Below, piece after piece: positions 30,701 through 39,490 of a DNA stretch of 64,000 bases. A model generated the notes under the pieces. That model saw only the letters and a program-made list of their open reading frames with translations. It was not told the origin of the DNA and ran no database searches. Position 1 is the stretch's first letter, and each line of letters begins with the position of its first letter. The stretch is from NCBI GenBank assembly GCA_013816805.1, contig JACDDS010000002.1:73530-137529 (forward strand), read 5' to 3'. The translations under genes and the position numbers were made by a program. Source of the stretch: Chitinophagales bacterium. GTDB lineage: Bacteria > Bacteroidota > Bacteroidia > Chitinophagales > UBA10324.

Positions 30701-33175
30701 TCATTCCATCCTCAAACTCTTCACCGGGTTCATTACTGCTGCCTTTACTGATTGAAAGCTCACAGTCAATAATGCAATTATCAGCGCTACCAATCCCGCT
30801 GCAACAAACACCCATGGGCTTATGTCGATGCGGTACGCAAAATCTGAAAGCCATTTATTCATTGCCCACCACGCCATGGGAAATGCAATAATCACCGCGA
30901 CCAGTACCAGCTTCGCAAAATCTTTTGACAGCAATGCTACAAGATTGGATGCTGTGGCGCCCAGCACTTTCCGGATTCCAATTTCCTTAGTGCGCCGCTC
31001 AGCCGTGTACGCTGATAGGCCGAACAATCCGAGACATGCAATGAACAAGGAAAGGAATGTAAAGAGCCCAAACACAGAACCCATTCTTTGTTCCGAACGA
31101 TATAATTCCTGGTATTCGCCGTCTAAGAATGTATAAGTAAACGGCGTATCATGAGAGAAATCAGACCATTTGCTCTTCAACGTCCTTAACGTTTTCTCCA
31201 TATCTCCGGGACGAACTCTTACCAGCGTATAGGAGGTGGAAAGCTCATAGGTCTTTGATGAAGCGTGGAACAACGCAAATGGAATCATCGAATAACGGAT
31301 GGATTGAACATTGAAATCCTTTACCACCCCAATCACTTTAAATCGCTGATCGTTATGGCCCGGGTACGTCATGAATTTTCCGACCGGCTTTTTCCAGCCA
31401 ATTTCCTTCGCAGCTTCTTCATTAAGAATTACAGATGCGGAATCTGAAAAATCGTGGGAGAAATTTCTTCCTTCCAATACTTTGATCTGAAGTGCGGGAA
31501 TGAAATTGTCATCAGCCATAAATGAAGTGAGCGTGAGATCTTTCACCTTAGGTTCGTCATTCGTGGTTGCTTCCGGCACATATCCATCACCAAAGAGATC
31601 CTTAGTAGGAATGCTCGTAGAAATGCTTGCACTCACTACCTGAGGAAGCCTGGTGAGCTCCTCGCGGAATGTCTCTTCCTTATTTCCGAGGCGGTTTGTT
31701 TTTGAGATCACAATTACATTTTCCTTATTCAACCCCAGGTTTTTGTTTTGAGTATATTGAAGCTGTTTAAACACTACTATCGTGCAAATGATCAGCACAG
31801 TCGATATCGTGAACTGAAGGATCACCAGTCCATTCCGGATAAATTGATTTCCGCTATTCGATTGTGATGCCTGTACATTTTTCAGAACAGCTGCTGTTTT
31901 AAACCGTGTGAGATAAAAAGCCGGGTAGCTCCCCGCCATTAACCCTGTGATGATGGAGAGTACGATCACGAGAAGCCAAATACCATTCGTAAAAAACAAT
32001 GAGAGGTCAAGTGATTTCCCTGCAAGCTGATCAAAGGGTTTTAGAAGCACAGTAATCAGCAACAGGGCAATGAGAGTTGATATGAAACTGTATATCATTG
32101 CTTCCGTCAAAAACTGTCTGATCAACTGAGCCTTGATAGAGCCCAGAACTTTTCTCATACCTACTTCCTTCGCGCGCTTCGCGGACTGCGCGGTAGAAAG
32201 GTTCATGAAATTGACGCAGGCAAGGATGATAATGAACAATGCGATGATGGAAAAAATGTAGACATATTTGATATCGCCAAGTGTTGTGAGCCGCCCTTGA
32301 ATATCGGTTGAATAGAGGTGCACTTTTGTGATTGGTTGCAGCTGAAAATTCCACTTTCCCCCTTTCTTATAGAGCTCATCGAGCGGCTGACCAATACGCT
32401 TGAATGCATTAGCAGCCTGCACCTTCACCATTGCAGGAAATGCTGCTACCAGCCGGGAAATGCTACGCTGGTCATTTGGAAAGTTGTTTTGCATCCGAAC
32501 ATATGTTGCAACCTGCAGCCATACCCAGCTCCAGCTAAATTCTTTTATTACCGGATATGCAGCAATGGGTGTTAAAAAATCAAATTGCAAGGATGATTGT
32601 GAAGGAACATCTTTAACAATTCCTGTTACATAAAATGGTTTTCGATCATCATCGAGCAACAGTGTTTGACCCATAGAAGGCTGACTGCCAAAATATTTCT
32701 TCGCCATGCTCCCGGTAATCACAATTGAGTTAGGGTTTTTCAAACAGGTTGCTGGATCACCTTCCATTAACGGATAAGGAAAAACTCTCAAGAAAGCAGA
32801 ATCAACAGCAATGATTCCTTCCTCATCAAAATAGTTTTCTGAATGGCTTCCGTCATAACGGACCACTGTATTGCCCGGGCGATAAATTCGGGTATATGAT
32901 TCTATTTCGGGGAAAGTAGCAGCCAGCGCGGGCCCTACTGTAGGAGGTGAATTGGAAGTTAAGAATTCATTACCGCCAAAATCTCCATCGAGGTTTACCT
33001 GGTAAATACGGGCTGCATCTTTAAGGAAGCGATCATAATTGAGTTCATCCAATACATAAAAAGAGATGAAGATCACACAAGCCATTCCAATCGCAAGTCC
33101 TGCAATGTTGATGATGCTATACACTCTATTGCGAGTGATGTTTCGCCAGGAGATCTTGAAATAATTCCTGATCAT
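30701..33175 (-). CDS. duplicated-FtsX (MacB-type) ABC transporter permease, paralog P7
   Basis: 824 aa. It has the N-terminal family signature (MIRNYFKISWRN + TM1) and a large periplasmic domain. There are two FtsX cores (RAKEVGMRKVLGS and RTKEIGIRKVLGA), each followed by TM helices. The C-terminus ends NPVKSLRME. Confidence 0.9.
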   Translation of the reverse strand: MIRNYFKISWRNITRNRVYSIINIAGLAIGMACVIFISFYVLDELNYDRFLKDAARIYQVNLDGDFGGNEFLTSNSPPTVGPALAATFPEIESYTRIYRPGNTVVRYDGSHSENYFDEEGIIAVDSAFLRVFPYPLMEGDPATCLKNPNSIVITGSMAKKYFGSQPSMGQTLLLDDDRKPFYVTGIVKDVPSQSSLQFDFLTPIAAYPVIKEFSWSWVWLQVATYVRMQNNFPNDQRSISRLVAAFPAMVKVQAANAFKRIGQPLDELYKKGGKWNFQLQPITKVHLYSTDIQGRLTTLGDIKYVYIFSIIALFIIILACVNFMNLSTAQSAKRAKEVGMRKVLGSIKAQLIRQFLTEAMIYSFISTLIALLLITVLLKPFDQLAGKSLDLSLFFTNGIWLLVIVLSIITGLMAGSYPAFYLTRFKTAAVLKNVQASQSNSGNQFIRNGLVILQFTISTVLIICTIVVFKQLQYTQNKNLGLNKENVIVISKTNRLGNKEETFREELTRLPQVVSASISTSIPTKDLFGDGYVPEATTNDEPKVKDLTLTSFMADDNFIPALQIKVLEGRNFSHDFSDSASVILNEEAAKEIGWKKPVGKFMTYPGHNDQRFKVIGVVKDFNVQSIRYSMIPFALFHASSKTYELSTSYTLVRVRPGDMEKTLRTLKSKWSDFSHDTPFTYTFLDGEYQELYRSEQRMGSVFGLFTFLSLFIACLGLFGLSAYTAERRTKEIGIRKVLGATASNLVALLSKDFAKLVLVAVIIAFPMAWWAMNKWLSDFAYRIDISPWVFVAAGLVALIIALLTVSFQSVKAAVMNPVKSLRME

Positions 33176-33208
33176 TTTTGAGATGTTTGTACTTAACTCC
33201 GTATTCGC

Positions 33209-33304
33209 ATGCCAGAAAAAAGCTTTCTGATATACAAATGGTTAGTCTCATAAAGAAAAAATGGTTGTGCGGTTTTGATATAGAAAGTGTGCGAAAATGA
33301 TATT
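33209..33304 (-). promoter_or_regulatory. conserved upstream module, copy A (in front of P7)
   Basis: Read on the plus strand: ATGCCAGAA at 33209-33217, with the palindrome CAGAAA-N5-TTTCTG. Direct repeats TGTGCGGTTTTGATATA (33267-33283) and TGTGCGAAAATGATATT (33288-33304) follow. The order and the ~58-bp offset match copies B and C. Confidence 0.5.
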
Positions 33305-33338
33305 GCTGAGCCCATCTTCCGTAACTGTTTACAATTCG

Positions 33339-35723
33339 TTACTCTGCTCTTAAGCTCTTCGCGGGATTTGCTATTGCTGCTCTCATGGTATGGAAGATCA
33401 CGGTAAGTAACGTAATAATCAAAACTATCAGTGCGGAAAGCAAAAAAGGCGCGGCCGACAGGCCGGTATTGTAGGGAAATATTTTAAGCCATTGATTCAT
33501 GAAATACCATGCCACCGGAAAAGCTATGATACAGGACAGTCCTACAAGAAATATGAAGTTTTTTATAATCAGCGGCACAATTTCACGAAGGCCGGCTCCC
33601 ATAATTTTTCGAATGCCGATTTCTTTTTGGCGTTGCTGTGTAGTGAATGCGATTAAGCCCAAAAGTCCCAGGCAGGTAATGAGAATGGTAAGAATTGAAA
33701 ACGCAATAAATATTTTTCCGCGCTTCTGATCGGCTGCATATTGTGAGTCAAAATCCTGGTCGAGAAAAACATATTGGAAAAGAAGCTCCGGAAAAATCGT
33801 TTTCCATGTCTTCTCTAAAGAGGTAAGAGTGGCCGGAATATTTGTGGGACTTATCTTCACAAGAATGTTGTTACTGTTCGGCCGGTAAAAAAGTATGAGT
33901 GGCTCGAGCGGATTGTACAGCGACTTTTGATTGTAATCCTTCACAACCCCAATTACTTCAAAATATCTCCCTGAAGTATCGCCGGATGATTTTACAATCT
34001 TTCCCAACGGCTCATCCCACCCAAAATATTTTACAAGGTTTTCATTGACGATAATGCTTCTAAGCGTATCCGAAGGTCCGGAAAAATTTCTTCCTTTAAC
34101 CAATTTAATATCCAGTACCGGAAAGAAATTTTCATCCACCCCATAGCAGGAAATTCCTTTATCTACGCTACCATTGCGGGAATCGAGAGAGAACAAATTG
34201 AAGTTAATATTTCCATTTCCAGGACGGCTTTCTGAAGCACTTACGGTTAGCACCTGTGAATTTTCGTGCAACACATTTTTAAACGCCAGCACCTTGCTTC
34301 GCAGATCTCCATTGCCATCCACATTCAAGGAAACCACCTCTTCTTTATTAAAACCCAAATCCTTGCTTCGCACATATTGCAATTGCCTGTAGACTACAAA
34401 CGTGCATACAATCATGATCATGGAAATGGAAAACTGAACAACAATCAGTGCTCTTCGCAGACTAACATTACTCGAGCCTTTTGAGAGACTTCCCTTCAGT
34501 ACAAAAACAGGATTGAATTTGGAGAGATAAAAAGCAGGATACATTCCTCCTGCAAGTCCTACAAATAAAATAATGGTTGCGAGGATAGAAACGGACTCAG
34601 GCTGAAAAAGTATATGAAAGGAAATAGATTTTCCGGCAAGAGAATCAAAGGTGGGGAGCAATAACAGTACGAACACAATGCTTAGCAGCAATCCAATACA
34701 TGCCGATAATAATGATTCAATGAGGAATTGCGCGATCAGCTGTGACTTGGTCGATCCGGTAACTTTACGAATACCAATTTCTTTGGCTCTTCGCGCAGAA
34801 CGGGCGGCTGAAATATTCATGTAGTTAATGGAGGCAATAATGAGCATGAAGATCGCAACTGCAAAAAAAATATAGATGTAGGACATGCTCCCGATTTCTT
34901 CGGGCTCATTCGTCATATCAGAATGGAGATGTATATCAGTAATCGGCTGAACACCGTAATGGATCTTAATATTGAACTGATCAAAAATTGCCGCCATGTA
35001 TTTACCATACATCGGCATAAGCTTTTTTTCAAATGCAGCTTTATCCGTATTGGGCTTCAATAAAACATAGGTATAAATATTGAAGTTTCCCCAGCCGCCA
35101 CCATCATAGTCTTTAGGTAAGGAATTAGCCGAAATTAATGCACTAAAAATTAAGTGTGAGTTTGCAGGAACATCTTTAATCACAGCAGTTACTTTATAAA
35201 CATCACCGCTGTTGCTGCGCAATGAATTTCCTACCGCGTTGGTCCTTCCAAAATATTTTTCTGCGGACGTTTCAGTGAGCACCATGGAATTAGGTTCTTT
35301 CAGTGCTGTTTCAGAATTACCTTCAATAAAATTCCAGGTAAAAACTTTAAAAACATTGCTGTCAGTATAATAAGTTTTGTCTTCATAAAAATGAAGATCG
35401 CCGTTCTTAAACATGGTGCGTCCATTAGCAAAAAACCGTACGGCCTCTTCCACTTCAGGATAATCTCTTTTTAAAGCCGGTGCCATTACATATTGAGTAA
35501 TGGCAAGTTTCATACTGTTTGATGGTTCGTCTATATAGGAATTGATTCGCACAATGCGATCCGCTTTTTTATGATAACGATCAAAGCTTAATTCATCCCT
35601 TATGTAAAAGATCATAAACAAGCTGCAGGTAATGCCAATCGCCAATCCCAATATGTTGAGCATGGTATACCACAAGTCTTTTTTAAGATTCCTGATGGCG
35701 ACAAGCCAAAGATTTCTAATCAT
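33339..35723 (-). CDS. duplicated-FtsX (MacB-type) ABC transporter permease, paralog P6
   Basis: 794 aa. N-terminus MIRNLWLVAIRNL, FtsX cores RAKEIGIRKVTGS and RQKEIGIRKIMGA, C-terminus NPAKSLRAE. Confidence 0.9.
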   Translation of the reverse strand: MIRNLWLVAIRNLKKDLWYTMLNILGLAIGITCSLFMIFYIRDELSFDRYHKKADRIVRINSYIDEPSNSMKLAITQYVMAPALKRDYPEVEEAVRFFANGRTMFKNGDLHFYEDKTYYTDSNVFKVFTWNFIEGNSETALKEPNSMVLTETSAEKYFGRTNAVGNSLRSNSGDVYKVTAVIKDVPANSHLIFSALISANSLPKDYDGGGWGNFNIYTYVLLKPNTDKAAFEKKLMPMYGKYMAAIFDQFNIKIHYGVQPITDIHLHSDMTNEPEEIGSMSYIYIFFAVAIFMLIIASINYMNISAARSARRAKEIGIRKVTGSTKSQLIAQFLIESLLSACIGLLLSIVFVLLLLPTFDSLAGKSISFHILFQPESVSILATIILFVGLAGGMYPAFYLSKFNPVFVLKGSLSKGSSNVSLRRALIVVQFSISMIMIVCTFVVYRQLQYVRSKDLGFNKEEVVSLNVDGNGDLRSKVLAFKNVLHENSQVLTVSASESRPGNGNINFNLFSLDSRNGSVDKGISCYGVDENFFPVLDIKLVKGRNFSGPSDTLRSIIVNENLVKYFGWDEPLGKIVKSSGDTSGRYFEVIGVVKDYNQKSLYNPLEPLILFYRPNSNNILVKISPTNIPATLTSLEKTWKTIFPELLFQYVFLDQDFDSQYAADQKRGKIFIAFSILTILITCLGLLGLIAFTTQQRQKEIGIRKIMGAGLREIVPLIIKNFIFLVGLSCIIAFPVAWYFMNQWLKIFPYNTGLSAAPFLLSALIVLIITLLTVIFHTMRAAIANPAKSLRAE

Positions 35724-35778
35724 GTATGAGCGAATTACTAACGTTATTATTTCAGCTTCACTGAATATTATTCTATTA

Positions 35779-38226
35779 TTACTCTGTTCTTAAACTCGTT
35801 ACCGGGTTGGTGATGGCTGCTTTCACTGCCTGGAACCCGACTGTCAGCAACGCCATGGCCACAGCAATAAAAGCTGATATTATAAAGATCCACCAGCTTA
35901 CGTTAACACGGTATGCAAAATCCTGCAGCCATTTATCCATTCCAAGCCATGCAACGGGGAACGCTACCAGCACGGCGATAATAACCAGCTTCAAAAAATC
36001 TTTTGAAAGAAGTGTAATGATATTGCTCACGCTGGCACCCAGTACTCTCCGTATACCAATTTCGCGGGCACGTTTCTGGGCTGCATAGGTAACCAATCCA
36101 AGCAATCCAATAAAGGCGATAAAAATGGCAAGCATTGAAAATATTTTAAATAGCTTTTCCATGGTTTGTTCCGAATGATAAAGGCTGGCCAATTGCTGAT
36201 CCAGAAACTTATATTGAAATGGATGCCCCGGAACATAACTGTTCCAGTCCTTTTCTATAGTCCCAAGCACATTTCTAATTTGCGAAGATTGAATGCGCAC
36301 TGCTGTTAACGGCAATACATTTTTAAACTTTGCACCATTCATAAAAATAAGCGGCGTGATTTTCTGATGCAGTGATTGAAAATTAAAATCTTTTACAATA
36401 CCAATTACAGTAAGTACCTGCGTAGTACCATCCGGTAAATTAAAAAAGCCATCAGGACTTATTAGCCTTGCCCCAATAGGATCAGCTATTCCTAACTCCG
36501 CCAATGCTTTTTCATTTAACAGGATTGACAATGAATCTGTGGCGAGATCTCTTGAAAAAAAACGCCCTTTTACAACCGGAATATCAAGCGTAGATAACAG
36601 CTGATCATCTGAAAGTATGCCTCTGCCCGTGAGCGTTTCTTTACTTCCTAAAAGCTGAAAAGAAGCACCAAAAAAGTTTTGATCCCCTGGAAGTGCTGAC
36701 GTACCTGAAACGTTTTCAATCCCCGGAATTTTACGCAGGTCGTTTATAAACGATTGACTTTGCTTTCCGAGCAGATCTGTCCGCTGCAATTCAACAATGT
36801 TATCTTTTCTAAAACCTAACTGATCGCTCAGCATATATTGCATCTGCCTGTCTACAGTAAGAGTAGATATAATCAGCATTACAGATATTGCAAATTGAAA
36901 AATTACCAAACCATTCCGGACCAATCGACCTTTGGGGTTAAAGCTAAACTTACCTTTCAGCACTATAATCGGCTTAAATGAAGAAAGCACAAATGCAGGA
37001 TATAAGCCTGCAAGAACTCCAATAAATATTACTGATAGAATTAAAAACGTGAACTGCAACGGCTGAAAGAAATACAATGCAGATAGGTGCAAATTAAAGA
37101 GACCATTAAAAAAAGGAAGTATGACGAAGATTAAAATTATTGCGATTACCAGACTCAATACGCTTGTTATAACTGATTCAAATAAAAACTGACGAATCAA
37201 TGCACTCTGCTCGCTTCCAAAAGTTTTCCGGATTCCTACTTCCTTTGCACGGTCAAGAGAGCGCGCAGTCGAGAGATTTATAAAATTGATACAAGCCAGC
37301 AACAGGATAAAAAAAGCAATTACGCTAAAGGCATATACAATATTGATACTTCCGTTTGGGCTTAACTCCGCTTCAAGATTTGAGGTAAGGTGAATTTTCG
37401 TTAAGGGTTGCAGATAATAATGATAGCCATTTCCGGCAGACTGAAATTCCTTAAAAGAAACCCCGAAATTTTTTTCAATATCCCCGGATACGTATTTTTC
37501 TATGATAAGAGGGAATTTTCTCTCAAGGGCTTTGGCATCAGCATTGGCATTCAGCAAAAGATAGTTGTAGCAGGAAAAGCTGACGTAGTCCGGCTTTTGA
37601 ACGCCATTCCCGAAAGAAGACAAGGACGCAATAACATCAAATGTAAAATGTGAATTTGGTGGTAAGTCTTTGCTCACTGCTGTGACTACAGCGGCAGAAT
37701 CATCAACCGTTATTGTTTTTCCAAGTGCATTGGCTGCTGATCCAAAATATTTCTTTGCTGTGCTTTCGTTTACTACCAGGCTGTTCGGTAAGGTAAGCGC
37801 CTTGCTGGCATTGCCAAGCAGAAGAGGTACGGTAAATACATCAAAGAAATTTGAATCGGCAAACAGAACGTTCTTTTCATTAAATACTTTATCATCTACA
37901 CGTAAAAACAAACCCTGGTCCTGCTGACCCTGAAAAAGTCTAACACTTTGCTCTATTTCGGGAAACTCTTTCTTCATGGCATCACCTATAGAATAGGGAA
38001 TTATGGCGTACGAAGTAGATCGGCCAGGATAACGGCGGTCAAGAACAACCCTGTAAATGCGATCGCCCTTTTTATGAAAATTATCAAAGTTCAATTCACT
38101 GTTGACAAAAAGAATAATGATCATGCATACACTAATACCGATAGCAAGGCCAATCAGGTTAAGCACGGTATAACCCTTTTGCCGCAACATGTTACGCAGT
38201 GCCACTTTAGAATAATTTTTGAGCAT
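35779..38226 (-). CDS. duplicated-FtsX (MacB-type) ABC transporter permease, paralog P5
   Basis: 815 aa. N-terminus MLKNYSKVALRNM, FtsX cores RAKEVGIRKTFGS and RAREIGIRRVLGA, C-terminus NPVTSLRTE. Confidence 0.9.
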   Translation of the reverse strand: MLKNYSKVALRNMLRQKGYTVLNLIGLAIGISVCMIIILFVNSELNFDNFHKKGDRIYRVVLDRRYPGRSTSYAIIPYSIGDAMKKEFPEIEQSVRLFQGQQDQGLFLRVDDKVFNEKNVLFADSNFFDVFTVPLLLGNASKALTLPNSLVVNESTAKKYFGSAANALGKTITVDDSAAVVTAVSKDLPPNSHFTFDVIASLSSFGNGVQKPDYVSFSCYNYLLLNANADAKALERKFPLIIEKYVSGDIEKNFGVSFKEFQSAGNGYHYYLQPLTKIHLTSNLEAELSPNGSINIVYAFSVIAFFILLLACINFINLSTARSLDRAKEVGIRKTFGSEQSALIRQFLFESVITSVLSLVIAIILIFVILPFFNGLFNLHLSALYFFQPLQFTFLILSVIFIGVLAGLYPAFVLSSFKPIIVLKGKFSFNPKGRLVRNGLVIFQFAISVMLIISTLTVDRQMQYMLSDQLGFRKDNIVELQRTDLLGKQSQSFINDLRKIPGIENVSGTSALPGDQNFFGASFQLLGSKETLTGRGILSDDQLLSTLDIPVVKGRFFSRDLATDSLSILLNEKALAELGIADPIGARLISPDGFFNLPDGTTQVLTVIGIVKDFNFQSLHQKITPLIFMNGAKFKNVLPLTAVRIQSSQIRNVLGTIEKDWNSYVPGHPFQYKFLDQQLASLYHSEQTMEKLFKIFSMLAIFIAFIGLLGLVTYAAQKRAREIGIRRVLGASVSNIITLLSKDFLKLVIIAVLVAFPVAWLGMDKWLQDFAYRVNVSWWIFIISAFIAVAMALLTVGFQAVKAAITNPVTSLRTE

Positions 38227-38326
38227 AGATCAAGTTTTATCTACTATAGTCACTATAAAATTTCTTCTTTAGAAAGTCGTATCCCGTAGCTCATTATTGA
38301 AATTTATTTTTTTGATAATATTATAA

Positions 38327-39276
38327 TTACTCTGTTCTCAGGCTCTTTAACGGTTGATAAGTGCCACCCTTACCGTATGATAGCCGACCGTGCACGCTAC
38401 CAATGCAACCGTTACAAATGCTGCTAAAACAAACACATATCCCTGTACAGGGATTCGAAAAGCAAAATCCTGCAGCCATTTATTTCCTGACCACCGCAAC
38501 CGCCAGTCATTTATCGAAAACAAAAATGGACGAGCGGCTGCTGAAGTATCTTTGCTTTGAATGAAATTCTTGAGCTTATCATTCAATAAATCTCGATCTG
38601 CTTTCGGTTGCAGCTCTGCAAATGTTTGAACTCCGTTTGATTTCCAATCTTTCAGCCAGGCATTCTTTTCCTCAAAATTCTCAAACGGCATCAGCCAATC
38701 ATAAGAGTAGGTTGTGTTGTACGGAAAATCTTTAAACACTCCGGTGATCTTATATTCATCTGCGTTATTCACCTTCAATGTTTTACCAATGGGGTTTTCA
38801 TTGTCAAAAAATTTCCTCGACATTGTTTCAGAAATTACCAGTGAGTACACATCATCAAAAGCAGTACGGGAGTTTCCATAAATAAACTGCATTGAAAAAA
38901 TTTTAAAGATCTGCGAGTCTGCTTCATTTCCATTTTCAAATATTTCTTTCTCGCCCAATGAAAAGAGGGACCGGCTCCCCCAGTTAGTTCGTGCAGCTCG
39001 TTTAATACCAGGAATTTCTGACTGTGCCACAGCAGCAAATGGCCCTGGCATAGAAGCAAATGTGTATGTTTTTCCATCGTATGTTTGATTCTCAAGCAAC
39101 TGATAGATATTATCGCGGTTTTGAATGGAAGTATCGAACATTATTTCATTTTCAACCCACAGCATTATAAGTGCCGCACAGGTTATCCCAATTCCTAGTC
39201 CCACGATGTTTAAAAATCCAAATGTTTTATTCTTCCATAGGTTTCTCAAAGCCGTTATTAAATAATTTTTAATCAT
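38327..39276 (-). pseudogene. remnant of a duplicated-FtsX permease (internal ~1.5-kb deletion plus terminal frameshift)
   Basis: The family start (MIKNYLITALRNLWKNK) is the ATG at 39276; the longer ORF to 39324 uses a TTG. TM1 and most of the first periplasmic domain are intact. The frame then jumps straight into the family's last ~55 aa (NKWLQDFAFRI + final TM). The ORF stops at ALINR*, but shifting one base restores the family ending (N)PLKSLRTE* with its stop at 38327-38329. Confidence 0.8.
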
Positions 39277-39364
39277 AGCAGAAAGGAATTTGGCTTCTCG
39301 TAAGAGTTTGTGGTAATCTTTCAAGCTTGAAAGATTTATTTGTTGAAGTGTTTAAACACTATTA

Positions 39365-39477
39365 TGTTACAGCTTTGGATAAATAAATCTTTGAATTCTT
39401 ATGCCAATAATTCTAAGATGGCAGTTTTCAATGTCAGGCTTAAGAAAAGTTTTTTTACGGATTGCTCATGACTTATG
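39365..39477 (-). promoter_or_regulatory. decayed copy (D) of the upstream module, in front of the permease remnant
   Basis: TGTTACAGC box at 39365. The box ATGCCAATA (39401-39409) replaces ATGCCAGAA and the palindrome is lost. TTTTCAATG (39425-39433) is retained as in copy C. A 10/17 match to the first direct repeat (GGATTGCTCATGACTTA, 39459-39475) sits at the expected +58 offset. The second repeat is absent. Confidence 0.35.
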
Positions 39478-39490
39478 CCTAAACCTGTTA

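Noticed and set aside
33209-33217. The TGGCAT box (minus-strand reading of ATGCCA) in all module copies resembles the -24 element of a sigma-54 promoter.
   Set aside because: The -12 GC element at the required spacing is not conserved. Positions 12-15 after TGGCAT read TACG, TGTG, TATC and TTCA in copies A, B, C and D, against the consensus TTGC. I therefore report a conserved box but do not call a sigma-54 promoter.
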